NCBI GenBank assembly: GCA_016748015.1
Contig: JAAOMT010000620.1
Coordinates: 551,684 to 615,683 of the forward strand
DNA from: Geosiphon pyriformis uo1
Lineage: Eukaryota > Fungi > Glomeromycota
Length of the DNA stretch: 64,000 nt
Reading direction: 5' to 3'
Shown here in pieces: positions 23,945-39,367 of this stretch (positions are counted from its first letter, which is position 1; the number at the start of each line of letters is the position of its first letter). A program made the position numbers and the translations under genes. Under the pieces are notes generated by a model. It saw only the letters and a list, made by a program, of their open reading frames with translations, searched no databases and had not been told where the DNA came from.

Positions 23945-24629
23945 ATGCCTAAGGCCAAAACTGCCAAGAAAACTGCCACTGGTGAGTATTTTTCATATTT
24001 TCAACGTTTCTTTGATCATAAAAAGGTGTTTCCTAAGACACCTTCAAAAAGCTATATAGCAATGTTCGTACGGTTATAATGTAGCAGCGTGTCGTTCTTT
24101 AAGTCAGTGAACGAGTTTGTGTTTCAAAGTGAGCAAGTGGCCAAAGCCCACGTTATTTAATGATTTTTTTGTCAATTTATTGCATTGCTTTCAAGTCTCA
24201 CTTAGAACGCGACTGTTCGTATGGTCCCTCTATATGTCTTAAAGGATACATCCTCTTATGATTCTATATCAATTTAAAATAATATAATCATCCTTTAAAT
24301 TCTGTATCTATCTGTAGGCGGTAAAAGAAAGTTGTCTCCATACAATGCCTTCATGAAGTCTGAACTTCCAAAAGTGAAGGCCGAAAACCCAAACCTCGAA
24401 CACAAGGCAGCCTTTAAGTTGGTCGCTGAACGATGGAAGAATAGTCCTGATAATCCCAAGGTATATTTCTTTTCTCTTTGCCCACAACTCTTGATACTTA
24501 AAGGGTTATGACGTCATCAGTTTTTACATACAACATTTCTTTTACAAACTGCGTTCCCACGATTATATTTTTTTCTTCTATTCACATTCATTATCCCTTA
24601 TATTTTGTCTTTAGAATCAGGCGAGTTAA
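23945..24629 (+). CDS. Small YABBY/HMG-box-like protein, about 64 aa; exons 23945-23981, 24318-24460, 24615-24629
   Basis: GT-AG splicing gives MPKAKTAKKTATGGKRKLSPYNAFMKSELPKVKAENPNLEHKAAFKLVAERWKNSPDNPKNQAS*, with the S-x-YN-x-F...AF...A..W pattern of YABBY/HMG folds. Absent from the ORF track. Confidence 0.88.
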
Positions 24630-26060
24630 ATGGCTAATATTGACGAGCGTATCAAAGACCAACAACCCAACCAACCAACATGAAAAGGATAATGACGAAC
24701 TATCGAAACTATCGGCCTGTATTATCGGCTTAATTCAATTTTTTACTTTAATACATTTTCTGCGTTTCGAGTTAATACGTCTCAACTACGATTTTTATAA
24801 ATATATTCTTTTATCTTTCCTTTCATATCTTTGTTGCTTGTATACATTTTTTTTCTTTACTCTTACCCTCACACGCCCGTGACTTTATTTTTGCACTATG
24901 TCTCTTGCGATATAAAAAGATTTATTTTTACAAATTTGACAGACATTTATTTTCTCTCGCGAAAACTGTGTAAATGAGAACAGCTTTATTAAGAAAATAA
25001 AAACAGTGTAAAATTAAACCCATAAACCAACCACTCGTTCCAAGAATAAATGACTAAAATTTCTCCTATATTGTCTATCACTAACTTCTGATTTTTTCAT
25101 CTCTCATCTCTTTAGTTTACATGGGAGAGAAATTATGGTGCTATGTAAGCTACTACTTCTTGAACCATTCTGAGTAAACTTTCCCAAGGCTGTACAGGAA
25201 TTTCCTTTCTCTATCGAAATACCTTGGCTTAGGACATGAATAGTCATACCCCGTATTTTTTTTTTTGTTTTCTTGTTTATCCACACAATCAGCTTTTTTT
25301 ACCAATAGATAAAATTATGATACCCATGCTAGTCTAGGCCAAGAAATACATGAGCCATATGATCAAATGCTTATTGAAAATGTGAGACACAAATGCAAGG
25401 CAAGATCTTTTGGGAAATGTTTTGATCTTATGGAAATGATAATAATATCTTCAATGTAATTCAAAGATCATCTGATCATTTGTATTCCTTAAAGCTTTCG
25501 TTCAATCCTTTCATCGATGCCGCGTCATTGGTGCAAAAAATACTTAGAAAGGTATCAAAAGGATTTCCTTGCACGTCATACAAGCAAAGCTTATCTATAT
25601 CTCAATATACCTGTTATGACCGATTCTTTTAATTATTAATTGGGCGTTATGTATCCCACTAAATATATCGACAACATACACCAATCAAACGTTTGAGTAA
25701 TTGGTGTAAGTTGGAATTATGAAAATCTACCATAAATTTGGCTTTCAGGAGTAATACAAAATAAAAAATAAAACTGACCTAAACTGGTAAAGATTAATGT
25801 TATTCTTTGTTAAGGAAAGAGACAGGGTAAAAACTTGTGGAGCCATTCATCATATTAGCCCATTCCTATGCATTTTAATGCAACTTCAAAAGCTTTTGAG
25901 CGAACGTAATAAAAAAAGTTAGGTAAAGGAGGGAAAGATGATGCAAACTCAAATTAAAGTATTGTGTGATTATGATTGTCTATCCCTTTCCTTTAATCTT
26001 GGCTGGTTGTTAGGGAAAAAAACTCTATTTTAAGATTCGTAAAGTCTTTTTACCATTAAA

Positions 26061-26114
26061 TAGCGTCATCATGGTAGCGTCATCATCATGGTAGCGTCAT
26101 CATGGTAGTGTCAT
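26061..26114. repeat. 14-bp tandem repeat (TAGCGTCATCATGG, about 3.7 copies) upstream of KGD1
   Basis: Direct reading. Confidence 0.85.
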
Positions 26115-26384
26115 AATTTTTATGGATTCAATCTTTATAGAAATATGACAAAAAATTATGGTTCATTCGCTTTTCAAACCCAGTGATTCCCCCCGAATCA
26201 ATCTATTATATTACTGTAATAGGAAAAAAACGTGATAATCTTATAGATACTGTGAACCTAAGAAAATACTTTTACTTCAATTTCTTCTTCAAGATCTTGA
26301 GCTTCCGAACAATTCATTTTCTCAGATCTCCAAACTTAAAACCGATTGCTACAAGTTCACCCGCTATTTGATCAAGATTTCGTT

Positions 26385-29300
26385 ATGTCGAGCTCACTGC
26401 TGTTACTTCGCGGTGCAAGACCTGCTTTCAGATTTCTGAGTAAAACCCAGAATTTTTCATTTATAAAACCCCCACGATCTGGGGCTCTTGCACCGTCTTT
26501 CTTCGCGATTCGAACCAAAGTTTCCGCCGTAAACTCTTATCCAAACCCGAGCCCTGCTAATGATGTCTTTTTACAAGGCACCACTGCTGATTACATGGAT
26601 GAAATGTATCAGGCCTGGCTAAAAGATCCAAAATCTGTGCACTTATCTTGGCAAGTTTACTTTCGGAATATACAAGCTGGGGTAAGTTCGCAGCACGCTT
26701 TTCAAGCTCCACCAACACTCATACCAATCCCCATGGGAACTAGTCTCACCCCATCTGTGCAAGTTTCAAAAGAAGCACCAGATGTCACTGATTATATGAA
26801 AGTCCAGCTTTTGGTGAGAGCTTATGAAGTGAGAGGGCATCACATCGCCAAATTGGATCCACTTGGTATTCTTAATGCTGATCTTGATCCTTCTTCGCCC
26901 AGTGAATTGGATCCAGGATATTATGGTTTTAGTGAACGTGATTATGAAAGGACTTTTTCATTGGGACCTGGTATCTTACCTGGTTTTGCAAGGGTTAGTC
27001 CAAAAATGACCTTACGTGAAATAGTGGAGCGGTGCAAACAAATCTACTGTAAGTTAATTCACTTTTTTTTTGTAAAACCTTACCATATCACCATAGTCAA
27101 TAATCAAATTTCTGGAAATTTGAATACACTCAAGATTTCGAATGAGTTAAGGTTGCTTTCAGTGATGTCGTGAAAAGTGTGCTTAATAAATTAAAATTAA
27201 ATGAAAAAATATTCTTATCCGGACAATTCAATATTACTCGATCAAAAATTATAGCCAATATCAGTAACCTATAGTTCCACACATCTTTCTAGACATCGTC
27301 TAAATCTTTTCAAATTCAAAGACCAAATGCAAGTTTGCCTCTTTCTTGAACTTAAAATTTCTAGGTGGTACTATCGGCACAGAGTATATACATATTCCCG
27401 ATCGTGCCCAATGCGACTGGATTCGGGAAAAAATTGAAATTCCACAACCATTCAATTACACAAAGGAAGAAAAACATATGATTTTGGATCGCTTAATATG
27501 GAGTGATTCCTTTGAAAGGTTCGTTGCACAGAAATACCCTAACGAGAAAAGGTTCGGACTGGAAGGATGTGAGAGCCTGATTCCTGGTATGAAAGCTTTG
27601 GTAGGCTAAAGAAAATTATTTTATGTTATTTTTTCAAATTAAAACTAATCCATTTTTTATCTATGCCGATCAATTTTAACCTATTTCTTTAACATTTTCA
27701 GATTGATCGTTCCGTCGATTTGGGCATCGAATCAATTGTGTTGGGAATGCCACATCGGGGACGTTTAAACGTGTTAAGCAATGTCATTCGAAGGCCAAAC
27801 GAATCAGTTTTTTGTGACTTTCGTGGGACGATCGAGCCTGGTGAAGAAGGTTCTGGTGATGTTAAATATCATTTGGGTATGAACTTTGATCGACCAACAC
27901 CATCCGGGAAACTAGTTCACCTATCCCTTGCTGCTAATCCTTCTCACTTGGAAGCCGTGGATCCAGTTGTACTTGGTAAAACGCGAGCAATCCAGTTTTA
28001 TATGAATGATGAAAAGGAAAGACATCGCGCTATGGCTCTTTTGCTTCACGGTGATGCTGCCTTTTCCGCTCAAGGGGTCGTTTACGAAACAATGGGCTTT
28101 CATGATCTTCCAAACTATACCACTGGTGGAACCGTTCATATTGTAGTTAATAATCAAATTGGTTTTACAACAGATCCTCGATTCTCCCGTTCAACTCCAT
28201 ACTGCTCCGACATTGCCAAGATGGTAAACGCACCGATATTCCATGTGAATGGTGACGATGTTGAAGCTGTTAATTTCGTATGCCAACTTGCTGCTCAATG
28301 GAGACAAATATTCAAAAAGGATGTTGTAATTGACATTGTTTGCTATCGTAAACATGGTCACAATGAAGTTGATCAACCCAGCTTCACCCACCCAAGAATG
28401 TACAAGCAAATTAGTAAACAAAAACCCGTTCTCGACAAGTATGTAGAAAAACTAGTGGAAGATGGTACATTTACTCAAGAAGAAATCTTGGAGCATAGAC
28501 GATGGATTTGGAATACTCTAGAAGATAGCTATGCGAAAAGCAAAGACTACCAACCTACTAGTCATGAATGGCTATCGAGTTCTTGGCATGGTAAGTTTTT
28601 TAATTTTCGAAAATTGAAGAAACATTTATATTATTAACCACCTGATTTCCTTTATAGGGTTTAAGTCACCAAAGGAAATAGCAGAGGAGACCTTAGAAAC
28701 AAGAAACACCGGTGCCTCCATTGAGTCTCTTTCTCATGTTGGCGAAATTATTAGCTCATATCCAAAAAATTTCCATGTTCACCCTGCTCTTGCAAGGATT
28801 TTGGGTACTCGTGCTAAAGCAGTCTCAGAAGGGAAAAATATTGACTGGTCAACTGCTGAAGGTCTTGCTTTTGGATCTTTGCTTCTTGAAAATTATCATG
28901 TACGCCTTTCTGGTCAAGATGTAGAACGTGGCACATTCTCTCAGCGCCATGCTGTTCTTCATGATCAAGAAAATGAATTTCAATATGTCCCATTAAACGA
29001 TCTTGGAGCTGGACAAGCGCATTTCACTGTTTGCAATTCATCTTTATCTGAATATGGAATCCTAGGTTTTGAGCTAGGGTACTCCCTAGTCAGTCCTAAT
29101 GCCCTGGTTATCTGGGAAGCGCAATTTGGAGATTTCGCAAATAATGCACAATGTATAATTGACCAATTCATTGCTTCTGGGGAAAAAAAATGGCTTCAAC
29201 GTAACGGTTTGGTGATGCTCTTGCCTCATGGTTATGACGGACAAGGCCCTGAACATTCTAGCGGACGCATCGAACGTTTTCTACAATTATGCGACGATCA

Positions 29301-30152
29301 TCCATACATATTCCCTTCACCTGAAAAGATGGCACGTCAACACCAGGATTGTAACATGCAAGTTGTATACTGTTCCACCCCTGCTAATTATTTCCATGTC
29401 TTGCGAAGGCAGATGCATCGTGATTTCAGGAAACCTGTAAGCCTATCAAATCTATTTCTATTGTTTAATTCAAGTTATTTTAAAAAACATAACAAATGTA
29501 TTTTTTATTCCTTTTAGCTTATTGTTTTCACGTCCAAAAGTCTACTCCGTCATCCTTTAGCTCGATCAAATATTTCTGAAATGGTTCTTGGGACCAAATT
29601 CCAACGCTTTATACCTGAGCCTCATCCTGATTCCCTTGCGCCTCCGGAGGAAATCACTCGCCATATTCTCTGTACTGGACAAGTGTATTATGCACTACTT
29701 AAAGCTCGCGAACAGAACAATATAAATAATGTGGCTATTTCACGCCTGGAACAGATAAACCCTTTTCCATATGATTTGGTTGCAGAACATCTTGACAAAT
29801 ACCCCAACTCCGAAATTATATGGGCCCAAGAAGAGCCTCTTAATGCGGGCGCTTTCACTTATATTGCCCCTAGGATTCGTACTGTTGGAAATCAAACAAA
29901 ACATCATAAAGGTAAAGTACCTGATCAAATCTCTAGATTTTCCCACAGCATCAAGATCTTGATAAATAACTTTGCTTTTGTCATTTTCAAGGCAAAGCTG
30001 CGCAGCCCGCTACACGGCCCCCAGCCGCTTCACCGTCTACCGGTAATAAGAAGGTCCATATTCAAGAAGAACAAGATGTGTTATCTCAAGCTTTGAAAGG
30101 CAAAGTCCTAAAGGCGCAGAAGGTTGTTTCTGGTGTGCCTATTTGGGAATAA
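26385..30152 (+). CDS. KGD1: 2-oxoglutarate dehydrogenase E1, mitochondrial, about 1040 aa; exons 26385-27048, 27365-27600, 27702-28590, 28658-29436, 29518-29911, 29992-30152
   Basis: Motifs [71 protein letters not shown]. Five GT-AG introns keep the frame. Arg/Ser/Leu-rich N-terminal presequence. Confidence 0.97.
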
Positions 30153-30374
30153 ATATAGAAAATCATGTTGCCAGGACTTTTTAGGATAGAATTTCAATAT
30201 TGAATATTTATAGTTTGGATTTAGAAAGATTTTCCAAAAATTTTTATCCAACCAAAATACTTTGTTAATGCAATTCTGATAACCAATAAGAAAATTCTGA
30301 TATCATCTGTTAAACGTGAAGGGTTCTAAATCCTAACTTCTCGAAATATAGCTGCTCACTCAAAGACTTGAGAA

Positions 30375-31429
<1,055 letters not shown>

Positions 31430-31664
31430 ACCCTAGGTTATTCCGATGAGGAATTTGGAGAAATTTTGCTTATACATGTCATAATGATTCTACAAGCTCA
31501 TTATGTCTTTGATCGCCTCTTTCGTCCAGGCATACATGTGGCTTGATGAATTAACAGATGTCGGTCCAACTTTTCTACAAAGACTCGAAACACACAAGAA
31601 ATTGGAACATGGATTTGTTCATTTATTAAAGTCCGCCTGTTTTCGATTGCCTTTAAAATTTGCC

Positions 31665-33010
31665 TTAATCAGAATTTTCTTCATCCTCGGAGGTCTCCTC
31701 TTCGTTGCCTAGATTTTTCTGTTGGCCGATCGCTATTTTTGGTACATTCCTTTTGCTTTTCAATTTTCGTTTTCTTTTCCTCTTTCGATCGGTTTGAATT
31801 TTTTCAGCATTATCTTCTGACGACTGAACATCATTGGTGTTGCCTTGAATGGAACTAATCTCCTTTTTTTGTTCATTATTCCCTACGATTTTTTTAGCAT
31901 CCTCTTTATTTTTACTTTCCTGTTTGAAAACAGATAGTATTAGATTTCGATACATTTTAAATAACCAATTCAGTTTCAAAAATAATTAATTATACCTTTA
32001 GTTTCATCTCTTTTTCCACTTTTATAGTTGGGTTTTGGGGGTTCTTTATCGGGGCAGTGAGATTCTTTGGTTTTTTCTTTTTACAACTAAGAGGATTTGG
32101 TTGTTTTTGTCTTTTTCTTTTTTTCTTTCTTTCAAAAACTGATGAGAAATCAACTTGATCCTTTGATATACTCGAATTAGCTTTTTTTAAAAATAATAAT
32201 TCTTCAGAGGGAGGTAGAGTTTTTTCAAATTCGATCTTTTGAAATAAAATTAAGGAAAATGATTAAATATTTTTAAACCAGTTTAATTTTGAAAAGTTTA
32301 TCTTTACTTGTTTGGCTTTTTCCAGAGTTGAATTAGATGGTGGCTCAATTATCAAAACTGTCCTATTAATGTACAATAATGGAAGGCCCGGAATATGCCG
32401 TAATTTTTCACGGAGACGTCGATTTTGCGTTGCCACACAATATCTGTGCTCATTATGGGTACCTAATTCATAATTAAAGATTAATTCCCATCATAGGGAA
32501 ACTCGATCTTTACAAAAACGTATTGGGAGAGCGACATACCAATGATGGATTGAAGACAGTCCTCACTGGACACAGGTGACTTCCAATGACTACATGTACG
32601 TTTTTCAAATTGTTGTATTATTTGGGCGGCATGTGCTTCTTTATCACCATTTTGGCACAACTCAGTATAACTGCAAGTAGTGTACACTATCAAGTGATGA
32701 TAAGAGGTGATTTTCGTATGATCAATTAGTATTGAAATGAAGGAAATTTCTTAACTTTGCTTTGTTGCACCCTGCATGACTTTGGATAATTGAGTTTCGA
32801 GGTTTATTTTGTATTGAAGAGCCGTATAAAAGAAGTCACCGTCCACTTTGAAATTTATGATTAAAATATGGTGGTTTTTCATGACATTTGTTAGGAAAAC
32901 GGGGTTTAAGGACAACACATACAAAGAATTTGATATGGCTCCCTAAATCCAAAAGAGACGTTATATAAACCCATAAGACGTTTATATTGTTTCGCTCGTT
33001 TTTGACGCAT
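31665..33010 (-). CDS. UTP23: rRNA-processing PIN-domain protein Utp23, about 324 aa; exons 33010-32923, 32845-32756, 32686-32540, 32462-32308, 32235-31996, 31919-31665
   Basis: MRQKRAKQYKRLM...FGFREPYQILLDGDF, YCVATQ, IPGLPLLYI, PNPLSCKKKK. Spliced length 975 nt, in frame. Confidence 0.92.
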
Positions 33011-33094
33011 GGTAGTTGATTATCAAAAATTAAAAGTGAGGGCAGAATAAATATAATGACATTGACTTTAGTGCACAATAGATTTTTTTAATCT

Positions 33095-34290
33095 GTTTTG
33101 AAGAAAAATGTTTTTTTACAGATCTGCAAAACAATTAATTTCAAATTTTTAGTTAATTTTGTTGATTTGTAATAACTAATTAATTTTAAACTAAATTGTA
33201 TTAAAAATAGGAAATTGCTAAATCGACCCACCCTTTTTGCTAAATCGACTCATTCGCAACACGTGATATTAATATATATAGAATTTTATTATTTATTTAT
33301 TAGTAATTCTAATAAATTAAAATAAAAAATAACTTTTTTTTATATAAATTAAAATTAGATTATATATTTAATTTTTTATTATGCATTAAGTAATTTATAG
33401 TGTTTTATAATTAAAAAACACTTTATTGTAAATAGATCCAAATATTATAATCTTGTTTTTTATAAATTTTATATTTACATACTTGAATTTAAGAAGAAAC
33501 ATTTTTAACAATTTCAAATTAAGATAAATTTTATTAAATAGATGATTTTTGATGAGCAATATTTTGTTGAAAATGATTCAAAACATTTAAAGAATATTTT
33601 TAAGTTTATTAATTATTATAAAAACATAATTTGTATTTATTAAATGCCAAATAAAATAAAATTAATATAGATAAATAATTAATAAGTTTTATTTTTAAAA
33701 TAATGTTTTTAAAAGTAATAATATTATATAAATATAATCAGTAATTTTATAAAAAAATTTAATTACTTGTAAAATCAAAAAAAAATTTATTAAGTTTATT
33801 TTAAAGCTTTTTAATTATAAACTTATTAATATATTTTTATATATAATTAAATATAAAACTATAATATAAATGATATTATATATTATGAATAAATTAATTT
33901 AGCAAAAAAAATGGGTTAATTTAGCAATTTTTTAAAAATATAATATATTTTTTAAAGAGAAAAGTTTTTTTTATATATTTAATTATAATATTATTTTAAG
34001 TTTGAATATTTTTTTAATATTATTACAAACTTTTAAAAACTAAATATAAATTTTAGCAAACTACCAATTATTTTTAAAATTTTTAAATATTTGACAAATT
34101 TTTTAAATATTATATAATTTAAGATATTATATAATTTGATTATTATATTTAATTATATGTGTATATTATAAAAATTAAATTATTAATTAAATAATAAGTA
34201 ATAAAAATAAACAATATTATATATTAATTATTAATAAAAATTATAAAAGTAATTTTATGTTAATTAATAATAGTAAATACTTAAATAATA
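33095..34290 (-). repeat. Strongly decayed LTR relic, split by the TIR element
   Basis: 33950-33980 and 34240-34285 match the reverse complement of the family LTR after C>T/G>A changes. The match at 33100-33165 is weaker. Confidence 0.55.
33210..33932. mobile_element. Non-autonomous TIR DNA element (MITE-like; Mutator- or hAT-type)
   Basis: 62-bp gapless inverted repeats at 33210-33271 and 33871-33932; flanking TAAAAATA at 33202-33209 and 33933-33940. Confidence 0.82.
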
Positions 34291-35049
34291 ATAATAATAA
34301 TAAACTTTTTTTTATTATTTAAAGTAATTGATAATGTTTTTATTAATAAAATATTTATAATTATAAAAGCTATTTACCAATATTTTGTAAAAACACTTTT
34401 TTAAATAAAATAGTAATTAAACAATTTTTTATTAATTTAAACTCATTTTTTTATCTTTAATTAGAAGTTTGTTTTTTTTAAAATTCTGTTTAATAAATTT
34501 ACTTTAAAATAATCTTAATATAATTCTTGTTTTTTTCAAAAATTTCAAAGTATTTAATAACCAAATTATTTTTTTTCTATTTTTTTTTTACTGTTATTTA
34601 AATAGCCAAAAAAATTAAAACAATTAAAAAATAACTTTTTGAAATTTTAAAAAATTTTTTTCTGGTGTTTTTAATGGTTTTAGTTTTTTAAAACCAGTTT
34701 TTGGCTTTTTTTACCAGTTTTGTATTACTAATACCAATTATTGTGTTTAATTTTATTATGGTTGTAAATAAAAAAAAATTTATTTAAAACAATAATAATA
34801 AAAACATGTTAATTAATTTTAATTTAAATTAATTCTTAATTGTATTTTATAATAGATTAATAATAAATTTTTACCAGTTTTAAAAAAAAACAAAACATAT
34901 TTTTGTATATGTTTTACTTAATTAACTTATTAAATTACTTAATCTTAAAGATTAATTAAATAAAAACTAAAAAATTAATAACAGTTAATCCTTTTTTTTT
35001 AATTTTTTAATTACAATAAGAGCATAAAATTATTGAAAAAATAGTTTTT

Positions 35050-37790
35050 TTTCTTCTTTTCTCTTTTTTTTCTTTAATTATTTTTTTAATACACTTTTTT
35101 TTGTTGTGATAAAATTAGTAAGCTTTTTTACTAGTGGTTTTGGTTTGAGTTTAGCTAGTTTAGAGATCTACTTAAGTGCCAAGAAAAAATATGTAGAGAA
35201 TATCTATTTTTATAATGTATTTTACAAAAAGCCAAAAAAATTTGATACAGATATTGGTATAATTAACTTATTTGCTGGCTTTTTAAGACTTAAAGATATT
35301 AATAGATCTAGTAAAAAGTCTGTAGTATTTTGAAAAAGTAAAGTTGACAGTAAAGCTAATAGTATTAGTAGTCTGTTAAATATAGAAAATATAAAAAACA
35401 TAATTGCCAAGAAAATTAATTATGTAAATTTAAATACTTTAGTAGTTAATAAAAATATAGATAATACAATATTATAGAAAACTTGTACTTAAACATATAT
35501 ATTAAGTTATTCATTAAAAGTTTCTTTATTTGTAAATCTAAGCAATGACAAAGATATTTTAATGCTTTTATTACCTAAATTTGATAACTTTAGGCAACTT
35601 TTATTGTTTAAATTATGTGTTTTAAAAAAACAGAATTTTAATTTGACAAAATCTTTCATATTAAATATTGAGTTTTTTATTGTGTTTAGGAAAACTTTTA
35701 GTAATAAGTTATTGAATATAAAAAAAATTTTTTATCATGTTAATGATTTTAAGAAGATATTAACTCTCTTAAAATTTTTAGGTATTATTAGATTATTTTT
35801 TATATCTGAATTAAACTTGAACAAAGCTAAAGAATTGGTTATTTGTAAGAAAATCTTGGTTAATAATAATATTAAAAAAGTAAACAACTATATAAATTAA
35901 GAAATGATTATTAAGAAAATTCCAGTTGATTTTTTCAATTAGCTGTAAAGTTAATTTTTTTCAAATTTGATAAGATTATATTAATCAAGATATAGCTTAT
36001 TGGTCTTTGACAAAAGATCTTAGTAAAATTTAAATCATTAAAAATTGCTAATTTGGTCACTTTTAAATAGTTTGTATTTATAAAAAAAATTCTATTTATA
36101 TAACTAAGGCAGTAAATAACAAATAAACATAGATATTTAAAAATTTTTATTAAACTTTGTTGTATATCTTGCCAATTAGTACTACTATTTATGATCTTTT
36201 TAATTTGTTAGAATTATATAGTAAGAAAACTTGCTTTATTGGTCATAATCTAGATTTATATATGTATAACAAATGTGTTGTAGTTTGTTTTGTTGATGAA
36301 ACATTAAAAAAAGCTGTTATTGATTTTATTTCTGTTTTTAAAAATGTAAATTTACATTGAGTAAATTTTTCTTTGGTTTGTTATACTTAATACAAACAAT
36401 TTGGACATGTTTCTGGTATGTGTTTAATAAGTGAGAATTTAAATAGTCATAGTAAATAGATAATTAATTTTCAAAATCAGATTTTTTTAGTAAATATTTA
36501 TAAGAAAAAACAGATGCCAATTACTTGTTCAGTCTTATTTGGTGAGAAAACTTATTTCTTATATAATGCTTTTAATTTTTCTTGGTATTAATTTATCTTC
36601 AGATATTAAACTTTTTTTACTGGTTTTTTTGGAAGTAAATAATAGGTTTGTTGTTTTTAAGTACAGTTTTGCTAACTTTGTAAAACAAATTAACAAGCTG
36701 ACTAAGAAATTAAATATACTTAAATTAATAGATTTTTAGTTTAGTTTTAGATATTAGCTATTAGTAAACTCTTTATTATAAAATCAAAAAGCAGATATAA
36801 TAATAAGTAAAAATTTAGGTATAGCCACTTATAGTAAAATTATAGTAAGAACAGAGTCTTTAAATTAATCAATTGTCAAAAGATTTGAAGATAAAATAAA
36901 CAATTTATTAGTTATAATTATGAATTTGCTGGCCAAAATAAATAATAAAAGTTTAATTTTAGACATTTTTCTTTAACAATAACTGATTTAATCTAAAAAT
37001 TGCTATATGTAATCTTAAAGATATTAATATCTTTGCTAAATAACAAGATATTGTTTATTGATATATTAATTTGAGTAATATGATTTCTATTATTACAAAA
37101 ACTAAATTAAGATCTAATATTAAGCTTTGGATTATGAATAAATTTAAAAGTATATAAGTTTTCATATCTGATTTAGACAAAAATTTTCTTGGCACTAAGA
37201 TAACTATAATTATGAACAATTTTTTGGCTTGTCATGTCTCAAAAATTAACAAAATTTTGAACAGAATTATTTTAGTTTGTTTTTTATTTAAGAATAAACT
37301 CTCAATAACTATTTTGAAATTGTATATTAGTGTTTTTACTAAAGTTAGATTTAACTAGGCATTAAAAATCAAATTTTTTATTGCCAAAACAGTTAATTTT
37401 AGTATTTTTGTAGTTTTGAGTAGAAATTTCAATAAAAATAAATCCAAAAAAAGTGCAAGTTTCAAGTTTTGTTTGGATCTGAGTTTGGTTAATACATTTA
37501 ATAAATATTTATTAGTTAAAACTTCTATTTAAAGCAATTTTAAAAATATTAAAAAGATGTTAAATTTTATATTTGTAAATTAAAATCTGGTATCTGCAGT
37601 TATAAATCATAAAATTAATATTATATCAGAGTTTTTTAATATAAATTATAAAATAATCTTAGTTTCAGTTGGTTTAGATGGTTTTTTAAATGTTTATCTT
37701 AATAGCATTCATAAGCAAGCCAATAAAGATTAATAAAAATTCAAAATAAAAGATGCAGATAAAGTTAAATAAATGCAATTTAAGAAGTAT
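35050..37790 (+). mobile_element. Degenerate LINE (ORF1 and APE part of ORF2), truncated by an LTR insertion
   Basis: Colinear with about 11300-14020; for example AAAATTGCTATATGTAAT near 36995 versus AAAATTGCTACATGTAAT at 13235. Confidence 0.82.
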
Positions 37791-39367
37791 TATTATTCAT
37801 ATAAAAAGAAATAGCAGAAAAAAATAAAAAAAACATATTATAAAATAGACTAATAAGAGAATAATATTCAATAAATAAACACATTTTTAAAAAATTACAG
37901 AATATTTCCAGAAATAAGCATATTTTTAAAAAGTAGCATAAAAAAAAATAAAAATATGTAAGATCCTATATAATACAAATTATGTATATATAGCAAGAAT
38001 ATGAAAATAATAACTAAAAAAAAACAGTAATTACAAAATAGTAGTTAAAAATAAGTAATTATTCAATATCTTTTTTATTAAAAGATGGTTTTCTATAACT
38101 TGAAGTAAAATTATATTCATATTAATAAAAATATTTATTACTATTCAATTTATGTTGTTATTGCTTAATTAAAAAATATTAATCATTTTTATATTATTAA
38201 TAATTTAGATTGATAAAATTTAATATTTAACTATACTGGACCAATAGCTTTTAATCATGGCTATTAATAAAATACCAATTTTTTATTTTTATTTTTTTAT
38301 TTTTATTTTTTTGTTGTTTACTAATTAATTAAGAGATTAAATATTAAGTAATTAACATCAAAAATAACCTGGTAAAAGACTTGAAAAACAAGTATAAAAA
38401 ACTTAAAGATAGCTTACTAGAAAGACATAACTGCCAGAATAAACTGGTTATTATGCTAAAAACAGAAATTAGAAAAAAACCATTACTTAAATCTCTGTTT
38501 ATTATACAAAAAACTTAACCAAAATCTTTAAACTCTAAAACCTTTAGAAATCACTATTATTAACAGCTATTAAATATTAAATTATAGATTTGTTATTTGT
38601 TTTAATACTCCAAATAATTACTTATAACATTTAATGCTTTTTGTAAAATATAATCTAGCAGAAAATTAGTATCAATATTAATTATCTGAAAAAATAACAT
38701 ACTAAAAAACAACAAAAAAAAATTACTTAGAATTTACAAAATTTTTATTTCAGTATTACTAAATACATATGAAATTAACAAGTAATTACTAACCAGCAGA
38801 ATTAATCTTTAACTTCTATGTTAACAAAAAAATTATATATTATTTAAGAGACCAAGAAAATTCAAAAACTACTATCAGAAATTTTTATACAGAACTACTA
38901 CAACATACCAGCTTTTCACAAAATTATAGTTTTACTTTAATTCTTATAAAGATTAATCATAAAATTAAAAGATATATTTAGCAAAAATTTTCAATCATAT
39001 TCATAAACAAAGACAAAAACAGAATACAAATATCAGCAAATATACTTAAACCAATACAACCATCTAACTAAAAAAAACCCAGAGTTGTGTCTTTATTACA
39101 TCCATTTTACTATTATATACTAAGAAGTACAATCTATATATTATTAGAATCTGTATTATTGTTAACTGCAAAGACACTTATAACTTAAGTTTTATTTTAA
39201 AATAATAATAAAAAAACCAAATTATTAGAAACATATAGCAATTATTTCAAAAAATTTAAATCATAATTAGCAATACCATCAGAACTTTAATTACTATTAT
39301 CTTAACCAAATTTCGAATCTATTAGTAATTAGACAAACACTAATTTAGAAGAAAAAAAAGACAGCAC

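Noticed and set aside
23982-24317. Intronic snoRNA in the long first intron
   Set aside because: A hairpin exists near 24022-24045, but I found no convincing C/D or H/ACA box pair.
24508-24882. 124-aa hydrophobic ORF
   Set aside because: Overlaps intron 2, the last exon and the T-rich 3' UTR of the HMG/YABBY gene; composition artefact.
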